From: a virus
Lineage: Duplodnaviria > Heunggongvirae > Uroviricota > Caudoviricetes
Strand: one strand, 5' to 3'
IMG/VR virus record: IMGVR_UViG_2731957818_000004
DNA length: 41,546 bases
Position numbers and translations under genes: made by a program. Numbering within the stretch: the first letter of the stretch is position 1; each line of letters starts with the position of its first letter. Positions 9,448-18,357 of this stretch are shown one piece after another. Below the pieces are notes generated by a model, which saw only the letters and a program-made list of their open reading frames with translations, was not told the DNA's origin and did no database searches.

Positions 9448-9512
9448 AAAACTGAAAATCGAAAAACTGAAAACTGAAAACTGAAAACTGAAAACTGAAA
9501 ACTGAAAAATCG
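9448..9512. repeat. Heptad tandem array (AAAACTG)n
   Basis: Six perfect copies at 9463-9504, one more at 9448-9454, and AAAATCG variants at 9455-9461 and 9506-9512. Confidence 0.95.
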
Positions 9513-9560
9513 ACTATAGAGATGCCTCGCGAGTCAAGGCGTGGGGCTAGGAGTACAAGC

Positions 9561-9830
9561 ATGTCAGCACTGAAAAAACAGCGCATCGATCTCAGATTAA
9601 CCGACGACGACAAGAGCATGATCGAAGAAGCTGCGGCAATGACCAACCAGACAATTACTCAGTTTATGGTTGCCAGTGCCTCTGAACGTGCTGCGGAAGT
9701 GATAGAGCAACATCGTCGCCTGATTCTTAGCGAAGAGTCATGGAATATAGTGATGGATGCCATCAGTAACCCGCCTGCACCGAATGATAGGCTGAAACGA
9801 GCTGCCGAGCGTCTACAAAGCATGGAGTAA
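9561..9830 (+). CDS. ataR: DUF1778-type RHH antitoxin (AtaR/TacA-like), 89 aa
   Basis: MSALKKQRIDLRLTDDDKSMIEEAAA...NPPAP; AGGAG RBS before the ATG at 9561. Confidence 0.9.
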   Translation: MSALKKQRIDLRLTDDDKSMIEEAAAMTNQTITQFMVASASERAAEVIEQHRRLILSEESWNIVMDAISNPPAPNDRLKRAAERLQSME

Positions 9831-9833
9831 GAC

Positions 9834-10373
9834 GTGGCCAACCTGACCATTGAGATGTTTTCAGAAGAGGCTGTATATGATTTCTCATGCTTCGACTGCG
9901 GAGAAACGTCTCTCAATGATTTTCTTAACAATCGCCTGGCACAGCAACACAGCGGGCGTATATTGCGCGGTTATCTACTTCTGACCAAAGACGCGATACC
10001 GAAAGTTAAAGGGTTTTACACGCTGTCCGGGAGCTGTTTCGCAAGACAAACGCTCCCATCCAACACGCAGCAGCGGAAGATACCTTATTCTGATGCCCCC
10101 AGCGTTACGCTCGGACGTCTGGCGATAGACAAAAGCATTCAGCGGCAAGGCTATGGGGAAGTTTTGGTAGCAAGTGCCATGAAAGTGGTTTATCAGGCAT
10201 CTCGTGCCGTTGGCATCTACGCTCTGTTTGTGGATGCAAAAAATCCGGCCGCCAGGCAGTTTTACCTGAATCTGGGGTTTACCCCTCTTAAGGGTGAAAA
10301 CGCCAACTCGCTTTTCTATTCAACGAAGAGCATTGAGACACTGTTTGAAGAGAAACCGTCTGAAGACGAATAA
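9834..10373 (+). CDS. ataT: GNAT aminoacyl-tRNA acetyltransferase toxin (AtaT/TacT-like), 179 aa
   Basis: FDCG, GFYTL, VTLGRLAID, QRQGYG acetyl-CoA loop, FY..LGF; directly downstream of the antitoxin. Confidence 0.9.
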   Translation: MANLTIEMFSEEAVYDFSCFDCGETSLNDFLNNRLAQQHSGRILRGYLLLTKDAIPKVKGFYTLSGSCFARQTLPSNTQQRKIPYSDAPSVTLGRLAIDKSIQRQGYGEVLVASAMKVVYQASRAVGIYALFVDAKNPAARQFYLNLGFTPLKGENANSLFYSTKSIETLFEEKPSEDE

Positions 10374-10374
10374 G

Positions 10375-10402
10375 AAAAGCCCCTCAAAGGAGGGGCTTTT
10401 TT
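10375..10402. terminator. Bidirectional terminator between TA operon and lysis operon
   Basis: AAAAGCCCCTC-AAAG-GAGGGGCTTTTTT. Confidence 0.85.
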
Positions 10403-10635
10403 CATTGAGCCAGTCTGCTCTGCCACTTACACAACCGCTCACCCAGCATGTTGTGCGTTAAAATCTCTCGCTCCGTTTCTTCCGTCATGAAATCGTTATG
10501 ACTGACGTAAACCGGATTGGCCACATCACAGAACAGCACGCCAACGGGTTGCGGCTTAATCACGCAGCCATTTGTCATGCAGATCGCGATGAACAGCAGA
10601 AGCGCTCTTCCGTCGCAACTCATTGGTAATTTCAT
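10402..10635 (-). CDS. Putative o-spanin (lipoprotein), 77 aa
   Basis: Hydrophobic signal ending TNGC, additional Cys residues, overlaps the 3' end of the i-spanin; last gene of the lysis cluster. Confidence 0.7.
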   Translation of the reverse strand: MKLPMSCDGRALLLFIAICMTNGCVIKPQPVGVLFCDVANPVYVSHNDFMTEETEREILTHNMLGERLCKWQSRLAQ

Positions 10636-10807
10636 TCCCGACGTCCACCGTATTTTGAAGCCGTTCTCTGTCTTCCTGTTTTGCCTTCTCCTCTACTGCT
10701 CGTCTGGCCGCTCGTCCACCCATTGTGTATGCGCCAACAAGCACCAGAAGAACGGCAGCCAGAGTAATCAGAGCAATTTTGAGCTTTAAAAACAGGCTGC
10801 CGAACAT
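10556..10807 (-). CDS. Putative i-spanin, 83 aa (real start MFGSLF at 10807)
   Basis: N-terminal TM segment followed by a charged helical domain; follows the endolysin. Confidence 0.7.
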   Translation of the reverse strand: MFGSLFLKLKIALITLAAVLLVLVGAYTMGGRAARRAVEEKAKQEDRERLQNTVDVGNEITNELRRKSASAVHRDLHDKWLRD

Positions 10808-10808
10808 A

Positions 10809-11501
10809 TCAGGCCATCCCCTTCTTGTACTTGCACACCTGCGACCAGGCGATGAACCCCGCCACAAGGATGGTGGCAACGCCGAAGATGATGCGCACCG
10901 TGTCTCCACTGGTGATGTTCCCCTGCGCTTTATCCATTGCTGCGGAGATCTGCGGTATCACCTCTGCCAGCTGCGCAAGACCGATGCCAGCAGTGACGGT
11001 AGCGCCAGCCGTCTCTTTAGTGACAGGAAGGGCTTTGACCGTCTTAACTGCCTTAACCACACCGGCACGGCGCAGGCCTTCTTCGATGACTTCGGATGCG
11101 TACCAGCTGTTCAGGGTTTTTAGTGGACCGCGGCCGTTCTCGTGACGAATGATTGCCTCCACCAGTGGGCGCAGGGTGTCGTAGTCGTGCAGATCGATAA
11201 TCATGTCCGGCGTGACACCAACAGCTTTGGCCACCTCATTCACATAAGCCAAAGTGTTGTTCTCATGCGGAGGCGCCCAGCGCTCAATAACTTCGCGGAT
11301 CGTGTCGATGCTTGAGCCGTCTTTGGCTCGACGTTTGTCATGGTAGGTGATGAGCGTAACTGCCAATGCCCGAATCCCCCATACGGGATCTTTGAAAGTG
11401 CAGAAGCGCGGTTCTGAAGGGTTGTCGACTAAGCCCTGCCACGGCGAACCTTTATCAAGATTGCCAGGGTTGTTGTTGCGAATACCTCTTGGAGTTTTCA
11501 T
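10809..11501 (-). CDS. Putative endolysin (RNNNPGN-type) with hydrophobic C-terminal extension, 230 aa
   Basis: PRGIRNNNPGNL, GIRA, RWAPP.ENNT..Y motifs seen in phage cell-wall hydrolases; lies between holin-like and spanin genes. Confidence 0.7.
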   Translation of the reverse strand: MKTPRGIRNNNPGNLDKGSPWQGLVDNPSEPRFCTFKDPVWGIRALAVTLITYHDKRRAKDGSSIDTIREVIERWAPPHENNTLAYVNEVAKAVGVTPDMIIDLHDYDTLRPLVEAIIRHENGRGPLKTLNSWYASEVIEEGLRRAGVVKAVKTVKALPVTKETAGATVTAGIGLAQLAEVIPQISAAMDKAQGNITSGDTVRIIFGVATILVAGFIAWSQVCKYKKGMA

Positions 11502-11512
11502 CCTTGATCTCC

Positions 11513-11836
11513 TTATTGCAGTCCATTTTTAACGCCGTAAGCGGCCAGCCCCAACAGCAGAACGGTAATCAGGAACGACGTAATCTTTGAGACAATGCCG
11601 CCAAAAAACCCGCTGGAAATGGAGTCGAGCCGATTAAGAAGTTTGTCCAGATTTGAATGCTGGATGCTGTGTTGTGCCGGGGTCATATCTCCAAAGTAGT
11701 TCTTGAGCTGATCGTTAACTTCCTGACCAATCTCCTCGCGCAGTTCTTTGCCCAATTTGCCGACTACCTCGCGGGCGACAATCGCGGCAATGCGCTCTAC
11801 CTGCTCTGGCGTTACGCCTGCCATCTCGTTCGACAT
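11513..11836 (-). CDS. Putative holin/antiholin, ~107 aa
   Basis: Soluble N-terminus and C-terminal TM region; first gene of the lysis cluster; GGAGG RBS before the ATG at 11836. Confidence 0.55.
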   Translation of the reverse strand: MSNEMAGVTPEQVERIAAIVAREVVGKLGKELREEIGQEVNDQLKNYFGDMTPAQHSIQHSNLDKLLNRLDSISSGFFGGIVSKITSFLITVLLLGLAAYGVKNGLQ

Positions 11837-11898
11837 TATTTCCTCCATGAAAAGTCAAATCGGGATGGCAGGTTTATAACACATTATCAAATATTTTA

Positions 11899-11918
11899 GT
11901 AGGTGAGTACTTACTTAT
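11899..11918. promoter_or_regulatory. Motif A site
   Basis: GTAGGTG-AGTACT-TACTTAT upstream of the lysis genes. Confidence 0.6.
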
Positions 11919-11926
11919 TATCTAAT

Positions 11927-12751
11927 TTAAACACGAGTTCCATAAATAGTGCCGACGGTCACCCACGTTGGGGCATTACCATTAACAGCAGCACCACCAG
12001 CCCCACCTGCATACGGAGTGATATTTTTCCCACCTCCAGAATGCGAAGCAGTAGCACCTGCGGAACCCAAGTCCCCCCCTCTCCCGCCAACAGATGTTCC
12101 AAGGCTTGTGGAAGTGTTCCCTGCACCTGGAGCCGTAAGCGAAGCATTGCTGCCATTGCCACCGCCGCCACTGGGGTAGGTTTTTGTACCACCGGTACCA
12201 AATGGTCGCCCGCCGCCGCCGCCGGAAAATGTTGGTTTATTATTACCAGCCCCTACAGCTCCACCGCCTCCACCACCGCCTCCAATAATGCCGTTATTTT
12301 GTATGCGAAGTTTAGTTCCGATGGCATTGGTGATTGCAGGACCGCCAGGCTTACCGATGTTGGCATCACCATTTCCGCCGCCGCCGCCATTTCCGCCGCG
12401 CCCCAGCACCATTTGTCCCGAGTTAATCACAAGCAAAATATAAGCGCAGCCGGCAAGCTCGCTTGTAAAATTGAGACATGGCGCACCGGAGGAACTGGAC
12501 ACAATGGTTCCGGTGATATTGACCCTGAAAGCGTTGTCATTCACCCCTAATGATTTGATCTGACTCACCAAAGTAGACCAAGAATAGTTGTCGTTCGCTG
12601 ACACATTAATAACCTGCTCTCTGGACTTGCCTACCAAGGTTTTTATCCAGAAAGGAGGACTAACCTGAACAGCTCTACCGGCAGCTGACATCCACCGTTG
12701 CCCCGTCTCATTCACTGCGGAAGATCCTACCCATCCTGATCCAATCGCCAT
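11927..12751 (-). CDS. T2/T6-type gp38-like tail-fibre adhesin, 274 aa
   Basis: N-terminal GWVGSSAVNETGQRWM, multiple glycine-rich motifs and C-terminal GNAPTW...GTIYGTRV match T-even gp38 hallmarks. Confidence 0.85.
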   Translation of the reverse strand: MAIGSGWVGSSAVNETGQRWMSAAGRAVQVSPPFWIKTLVGKSREQVINVSANDNYSWSTLVSQIKSLGVNDNAFRVNITGTIVSSSSGAPCLNFTSELAGCAYILLVINSGQMVLGRGGNGGGGGNGDANIGKPGGPAITNAIGTKLRIQNNGIIGGGGGGGGAVGAGNNKPTFSGGGGGRPFGTGGTKTYPSGGGGNGSNASLTAPGAGNTSTSLGTSVGGRGGDLGSAGATASHSGGGKNITPYAGGAGGAAVNGNAPTWVTVGTIYGTRV

Positions 12752-15700
12752 TATCTGCTCTCCTTGATTTCACGAATTTCATCGCGCAGCTCCTTGACGG
12801 CCTCAACCAGCATACCGATAACGCCGTTGTAGTTCAGACGCAGACGAGGCTCTCCAGACTGATCGTTATGGTCAACCGTTACCAGTTCAGGCTGAACATT
12901 CTGGACGTCCTGAGCGATGAGGCCACCAGACTGCTCATAACGGTCACAGACCTGAATCTCGTACAGAACACCTTCGATCCGATCCAGCTTGTCGAGCGCC
13001 CGTTCAATCTTGCGAATATTGCGTTTGCTACGACGGTCAGAGCGGATATAAACGTCATTGAAGCTGCCATTGCCTCCACAAACCCAAGTACCATCATTCT
13101 GGAGGTATGCGTTCGCATCCGTGCCGTTTTCGGTACGTGAGTTGTTGATCATGTAAAAACCAAACTGACTGTTTCCCAAGCCACCCAAGAAGAATTTGCG
13201 ATCTGCGTGGTCTTGTCTCAACAACGCTTGTGCAGAGCTTGTACTTACAGCGTTCCCCCCGAAGATGACGTTCTGGTTACGCATATCGATCCACGCACCA
13301 GAACCGCTGTTGATGGAAAAACGGTTGGCGTAAATCCACGCACTTGACGTGATGTCACCCGTTACACTCAACGGCTTAAGGCTTTGCAGCGTGCTACTAA
13401 TGAACCTAAAAACATGGGCGCTATTGGCGTAAACATCCAGAATGCCATCTCCGTTCTGTTTAAAGCCGGTGTCATTGTCACCCAGAACAATGGAATTACC
13501 GCCAAGACCATTGACCACACCCAGCCCAAGACCACCGTTAACAACAGCACCATTGTCCATTGTTACTCTGCCATTAGTGAGATCTACATAAAATGGACGA
13601 AGCGAACCTATATCACCATTTTCTCCCTGGTCTTTTGCTGTCGGGATAAGGTAAAAATTATTTTCGGAACGGCGAAAAATCATCCCGTATGCCGCATCGT
13701 AAATGCGTAACCCATCCGTAGAGCGGATCTTAAGCTGTCCGGACATCGTATCGCCGCTGTTTTTCAAAAACAGTGCATCAATCCAGCCTGCAAATCCCGA
13801 CTTATTGATGTATAAATTTCCATCATTTGCCAGAATGCCGCCACCCGGAGTCTTGAGGGGATGACTCACATTTTGCAGCGTCAGCACACCAGTCATTGTT
13901 CCGCCAGAAATCGGTAACGCACCGACATCAGCCGCAGTGGGTTTGAGAGCAGTGTTGTAATCTCTGCGCCAGGCAGGGGAATACGCGCTACCGTGATTAA
14001 TATAGGTGAACTGAGCACAGGCAATCCCACCACCGGTAGTCGTTGTAGGCGTAGTAACTCGGATGGTCATTGCGTCTTCGGTACCTAAAACCTCGATAAC
14101 CGCACCAGCAAGACAGATATTACCGACACCTGTATCAGTGATAATTTTATTGTCGGCATATGACCAGGAACCCTTCATCATCCAGTACGGCACTTCGAAA
14201 GCACCACGCTCCTTCAGCCATGCGATAAATTCAGCGGTAGTCCAATTGCCAGCCTCTGTGCTGTAAGACGCGCTAAACGCTTGCGCGGCCCCAACATCTT
14301 TCGCTGTGGGTTTATGAGCAGTTGTGTAGACCTGCGCCCAACCAGACCAGTTCGCTCCCACTGTATCACGGCGAGAACGAATATAAACCGGCGCATGAGC
14401 GCCATCTGACCCACTCCAGCCAACAAGTAGCTCGCCCTCACCAACCGCTCCTGCACCTTTCATGTGCAGGATGTTGCCGTAGGCTGTCGGGTAGCCATTG
14501 TTATAGGCTTCGTACATCTCGATACCAGTCATTGCCCCCTGGGTATTGCCCGCTAGTGCAGTCATACGCCCACGAGAAACAAGCGTCGGGATCGAGATGT
14601 TTGCCGAACCGTCAAAGGAAACGCTGTTAATCGTTCTCGGCGTTTGAAGTTTGGTCGCAGTACCGGCATTGCCTGTAGTGCTCTGATTGCCGGCCGCGTT
14701 AACACCAGGTAAGTTGATGTCGGCAGAACCGTCAAACGACACTCCGCCAATCTTACGCGCTGTTTGCAATTTGGTTGCCGTAGCTGCGTTGCCAGAGGTG
14801 TTTTGATTACCGGCAGCATTAACGCCAGGTAAATCAATATCAGCAGAGCCATCAAAACTAACGCCACCGATTCTGCGTGCGGTCTGTAGCTTTGTTGCGG
14901 TTGCGGCATTACCAGTGGTGTTCTGATTACCCTGCGCATTCACGCCCGGCAGCTCAATATCCTGACTGCCATCGAACAGCACACCGCCGATCTTACGTGC
15001 AGTCTCTAAAACCGTCGCGGTACTTGCATTGCCTACCAGTGAGCCTGTAATAGCACCATGAATGTCTGAAAGTACTCGATGATAAACCATTCCCTCTACG
15101 GCGCCTTCAGGCAACGAGTCAACCGATTCGATCACTTCCAGCGATTCAACCGCGGCGCCGGAGAATTGCAGGTTCACAATTAACTTTTGAGCGCCCGCGC
15201 CCACGCGAAGGTAGATGTCGTAATTTTCTACGTCGGTATTAACGGTGGCCACGCTATTTACAGCGGAGTCCTGCGTTAAATAGGCAACAGCATTGAGACC
15301 TTTGGGATCGCCCCCCGCTGTGCGAAGAACAATGTCAGCCATCGCAGCCTGGCCTGGGCTATCGGCATCATAGCCAGCGCCACCGATCACTTCGATGTAG
15401 ACAGTGCTGGTCGCTTGCGGCATACGCGCACGCGAGACTTTTACCCACTTGGGCGTATCAGAGGTCAAGTCCAGTTCGGCGGACGTACCTTTCCATTTCA
15501 CGCTGGCGATACTGGACTGCGCATTCTGCGCATATTCGTATGCCTTGTCCTCAGATGCTTTCGCTTTCGTCTGGGATGCTTTGGCCTCAGCTGCCGAAGT
15601 CGAGGCCTCGGACGCTTTTGCTGTCGCGAGTGTGGCCGACTCAGCGGCTTCTGTTGCCTTTGCTTCAATACCTGCCAGCGCGTCAGTTGCGGTGGTCGCA

Positions 15701-16857
15701 GATGCGGCTGCGCTTGCCTCAGACTTCTTCGCTTCACCAGCACTTGATGCGGCTGCATCTTTGCTGGCCTTTGCCGCATCAGCATATTCACCAGCTGTAG
15801 TGGCGCTCCCCGCCGCCGCGTCAGCGCTTAAACCGGCAGCCACTTTGCTCGCGGAGGCGGCTGTTTCCGAGGCGGCGGCGTTGGTTTCAGATACTTTAGC
15901 CGCGGCAGCGCTGGCGGCCGACCCATCGGCGCTCTGCGCCGCGTTTGTTTCAGATGTTTTGGCTGCGTTCTGAGATGCCAGCGCGGCAGCTGCACTACCC
16001 GCTGCTGCGTTTTCCGATGCGGCGGCATTGCTCTCAGAAACCTCAGCAGCCGCGGCGGAATTAGATGCTGCGGTCGCAGAATCCGCAGCAGAGACAGCGC
16101 TGCCAGCAGCGTTATTTTCTGAGGCTTTCGCGGCATTTTTGAACGCAGAGGCACTCGAAGCAGATGCCCCTGCTTCGGCGGCTTTCTCCGTTGCGGTGGC
16201 AGCTGAAGCTACAGCAGTCTCTTTATAGCTTTCTGCATTCGTTTCGGAGGTCTTTGCACCCTTAGCGGCTTCACTGGCAACGCCTTCGGATGCAGCAGCT
16301 GCGGCGGCACTTTTGCTGGCCTCAGTCGCCTTTGTTCCGGCAGTGCTTGCGCTATTGGCAGCTGCCGCTGCGCTGGCGGCGGCCTGTTTAGCTTTGTCAC
16401 CTGCGGCATCGATTGCATCCGTATTGTCCCTGTACCATTGCTGGTTGGCATTGTGCTCATCGACGATCTGCATAAGCGGCTTAACAGTTACCTCTGTATC
16501 GTCTTCTCGCTCAATGGTGACGGCATCAAGAGCAGTCAGCCAACCTCTCATCGATTTTGAATCCGCATAAATGCGGGTCATGAGCGCTGCAAATCGCGCA
16601 CTGAACTGTGTCAGATCGCCTTCATAAGTGGTGATAATGCGGCACGGGACATCTGTCTGGGTTTCGCCGGAATATGGTTCTACCAGTGTTAAATGGGTGT
16701 CGTCCAGAACTTGCTTAATTTCATAGAGCTTGTTGTCTGGGCCGACAACAATCATGCCAGGCAGTACGCCATTCGCGGTGAAGTCCCAGAACGTACCGGT
16801 GCCGGTTAGGGTATTACTTCCCTGCGTAAACGTGATAGTACCTTCCCTGTACCACAT
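12751..16857 (-). CDS. Long side tail fibre with C-terminal intramolecular chaperone (peptidase S74-like), 1368 aa
   Basis: Ala/Ser-rich Stf-like shaft, 40-aa repeats, T-even gp37-like tip ending GNGSFNDVYIRSDRRSKRNI followed by a chaperone domain. Confidence 0.9.
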   Translation of the reverse strand: MWYREGTITFTQGSNTLTGTGTFWDFTANGVLPGMIVVGPDNKLYEIKQVLDDTHLTLVEPYSGETQTDVPCRIITTYEGDLTQFSARFAALMTRIYADSKSMRGWLTALDAVTIEREDDTEVTVKPLMQIVDEHNANQQWYRDNTDAIDAAGDKAKQAAASAAAAANSASTAGTKATEASKSAAAAAASEGVASEAAKGAKTSETNAESYKETAVASAATATEKAAEAGASASSASAFKNAAKASENNAAGSAVSAADSATAASNSAAAAEVSESNAAASENAAAGSAAAALASQNAAKTSETNAAQSADGSAASAAAAKVSETNAAASETAASASKVAAGLSADAAAGSATTAGEYADAAKASKDAAASSAGEAKKSEASAAASATTATDALAGIEAKATEAAESATLATAKASEASTSAAEAKASQTKAKASEDKAYEYAQNAQSSIASVKWKGTSAELDLTSDTPKWVKVSRARMPQATSTVYIEVIGGAGYDADSPGQAAMADIVLRTAGGDPKGLNAVAYLTQDSAVNSVATVNTDVENYDIYLRVGAGAQKLIVNLQFSGAAVESLEVIESVDSLPEGAVEGMVYHRVLSDIHGAITGSLVGNASTATVLETARKIGGVLFDGSQDIELPGVNAQGNQNTTGNAATATKLQTARRIGGVSFDGSADIDLPGVNAAGNQNTSGNAATATKLQTARKIGGVSFDGSADINLPGVNAAGNQSTTGNAGTATKLQTPRTINSVSFDGSANISIPTLVSRGRMTALAGNTQGAMTGIEMYEAYNNGYPTAYGNILHMKGAGAVGEGELLVGWSGSDGAHAPVYIRSRRDTVGANWSGWAQVYTTAHKPTAKDVGAAQAFSASYSTEAGNWTTAEFIAWLKERGAFEVPYWMMKGSWSYADNKIITDTGVGNICLAGAVIEVLGTEDAMTIRVTTPTTTTGGGIACAQFTYINHGSAYSPAWRRDYNTALKPTAADVGALPISGGTMTGVLTLQNVSHPLKTPGGGILANDGNLYINKSGFAGWIDALFLKNSGDTMSGQLKIRSTDGLRIYDAAYGMIFRRSENNFYLIPTAKDQGENGDIGSLRPFYVDLTNGRVTMDNGAVVNGGLGLGVVNGLGGNSIVLGDNDTGFKQNGDGILDVYANSAHVFRFISSTLQSLKPLSVTGDITSSAWIYANRFSINSGSGAWIDMRNQNVIFGGNAVSTSSAQALLRQDHADRKFFLGGLGNSQFGFYMINNSRTENGTDANAYLQNDGTWVCGGNGSFNDVYIRSDRRSKRNIRKIERALDKLDRIEGVLYEIQVCDRYEQSGGLIAQDVQNVQPELVTVDHNDQSGEPRLRLNYNGVIGMLVEAVKELRDEIREIKESR
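14590..15033 (-). repeat. 120-bp (40-aa) tandem repeats in the fibre
   Basis: GNAxTATxLxTxRxIxxVxFDGS units start at 15033, 14913, 14793 and 14673. Confidence 0.85.
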
Positions 16858-16904
16858 AGTTTCTCCTTTTTACACGAGCCAGGCTCGCTTACTCACACAA
16901 ACTT

Positions 16905-16924
16905 GTAGGTAGTCCATTACCTAC
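16905..16924. promoter_or_regulatory. Motif A site
   Basis: GTAGGTA-GTCCAT-TACCTAC, perfect dyad (extends to TTG/CAA). Confidence 0.65.
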
Positions 16925-16928
16925 AACA

Positions 16929-17576
16929 TCAGTCATACAAAGAGGCGTTGATGTAGTTAACCACCCCACCAAACGCCGTAAAGCTAAACCCTTCCGATGA
17001 GGGCATAATCCCTGTCCCCACGGCTGTAAGATCGAGCTGGTTTCCGGTCGCACACGGCGCAGCAACGAAAAGCTGCACCTCCTGCCCGCCTTTGATGGGC
17101 TGCACCCAATACTCGCAGGGCGTCGCTATGGCAGCTGTTGGAAAGCCTGCCTGAAAGGTTTTTACCCCATTGCGGCTCAGCGACGTCTGTAAATTTTGCA
17201 ACGGCTTGGTTGAAGTGGAATATACCCGCTGCCCGGAAGCATTAAACATATCCAGCCCCCAGCCGCCTGACGATGGGGGGATCTCATTGGTAAAAAAGTA
17301 AAATGTCCCTGATACGGCTTTGGAGGAGTTGATTTTGAACCACCATGTTCCTCCAGACTGGTAAGGGGTGACAAAGAACAACGTCTGCGTGCTGCATCTG
17401 GCATAGCAGAGTATGCGCACATTAGCAGGAATACCTGTGTTGTAGGCCACTGCTTTGTTGCCTAAAGCCATGTCTCCCACACTGAAAGAGTTTTTGTACG
17501 CCATGTGCATAAACGGCGTTTCCGGCGTCGCGAATATCTTGCCGTTGCTGTTAACTATTTTGATGCCATACGCCAT
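16929..17576 (-). CDS. Tail-tip accessory protein, 215 aa
   Basis: Twice-repeated YG(I/L)x(I/M)xNxxG motif; position after J as in N15/T1-like tails. Confidence 0.7.
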   Translation of the reverse strand: MAYGIKIVNSNGKIFATPETPFMHMAYKNSFSVGDMALGNKAVAYNTGIPANVRILCYARCSTQTLFFVTPYQSGGTWWFKINSSKAVSGTFYFFTNEIPPSSGGWGLDMFNASGQRVYSTSTKPLQNLQTSLSRNGVKTFQAGFPTAAIATPCEYWVQPIKGGQEVQLFVAAPCATGNQLDLTAVGTGIMPSSEGFSFTAFGGVVNYINASLYD

Positions 17577-17867
17577 TTAGTTTGCCTCCATGCAAACGAG
17601 GAAAGTACAACTTGACGGCAGGGAGTAAGAGACGGTGCCGCCCGATATGGAGAACGACGGCTGTGACTGTTTCCGCTCAACGGTGTAATTGAGCACCACG
17701 ACTTTTAAATGAAACAATGAAGTGTCTATGGCATACGTCAATGATCCACTTCCTGACATTCCGTGCCGGAAATCGAGAACCCAGGTTGGCTGGACAAGGT
17801 CGACCCAGCTCGTCCCTTTCTCGCTCCACACTCTTCCACCAAAAGCCAAAATTACCCCCTGTATCAT
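17577..17867 (-). CDS. Tail-tip accessory protein, 96 aa
   Basis: Abuts the 215-aa gene; beta-rich; same small-plus-larger pair as seen after J in FhuA-type siphophages. Confidence 0.65.
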   Translation of the reverse strand: MIQGVILAFGGRVWSEKGTSWVDLVQPTWVLDFRHGMSGSGSLTYAIDTSLFHLKVVVLNYTVERKQSQPSFSISGGTVSYSLPSSCTFLVCMEAN

Positions 17868-17907
17868 CCTTGATAGTCAGGGAACTGTAACATAAAACCA
17901 CAAAAAA

Positions 17908-17927
17908 GTAAGTATTCACATACTTAC
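17908..17927. promoter_or_regulatory. Motif A site
   Basis: GTAAGTA-TTCACA-TACTTAC, perfect dyad. Confidence 0.65.
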
Positions 17928-17928
17928 T

Positions 17929-17954
17929 AAAAAGGGCGTCATATGACGCCCTTT
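17929..17954 (-). terminator. Terminator after the Cor-like gene
   Basis: AAAGGGCGTC-ATAT-GACGCCCTTT. Confidence 0.75.
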
Positions 17955-17959
17955 ACTTA

Positions 17960-18229
17960 TTATTTAACCGTATCTCTGCACTGATAATCCGTGAACAAAT
18001 CCTCTTTCTGCCAGCGGCCATGAAAATGCAAAATCAGGTCGCTTTTGGGATGAACCCATACGTTGCCAACCCGATCAACACGACGCTCGGTGATCTGAAC
18101 AACACGCTGCTCCGATGGCCATGTTCCGGTGGTGTATTTCGCGACACAGTCGACTTTCTCTACATTGCTTGCGGCGCAACCTGTAAGCGAAAGCGCCATC
18201 ATAAGTGGATAAACAAATTGTTTACTCAT
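17960..18229 (-). CDS. cor: Cor-like superinfection-exclusion lipoprotein, ~89 aa
   Basis: Lipobox LTGC, second Cys ~10 aa later, VQI, RW and a near-terminal Cys; sits right after J. Confidence 0.6.
   Translation of the reverse strand: MSKQFVYPLMMALSLTGCAASNVEKVDCVAKYTTGTWPSEQRVVQITERRVDRVGNVWVHPKSDLILHFHGRWQKEDLFTDYQCRDTVK
18211..18223. promoter_or_regulatory. Motif B site within the first codons of the Cor-like gene
   Basis: AAACAA-A-TTGTTT. Confidence 0.4.
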
Positions 18230-18357
18230 ACCAATAACCAAACCCATCTACAAAACATTAACGCACTATAATTAAAGTTTTTAACCTATTGATAAATAGC
18301 CTATTTATTGTAAAGGGATGGGGCGTTCTTGTGAATAACTCGAACGCCCACAGCTCA

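Noticed and set aside
9442-9477. uORF MRKTENRKTEN in the TA leader as a phase switch
   Set aside because: A 7-nt unit hits TGA within three copies in any frame, so copy number would not switch it; no clear RBS.
9448-9512. Heptad array as CRISPR or replication iterons
   Set aside because: No spacers; unit too short for typical iterons; no rep gene in the window.
11927-16857. Invertible or diversity-generating tail-fibre system
   Set aside because: No invertase, crossover repeats, alternative fibre ends or reverse transcriptase in the window.
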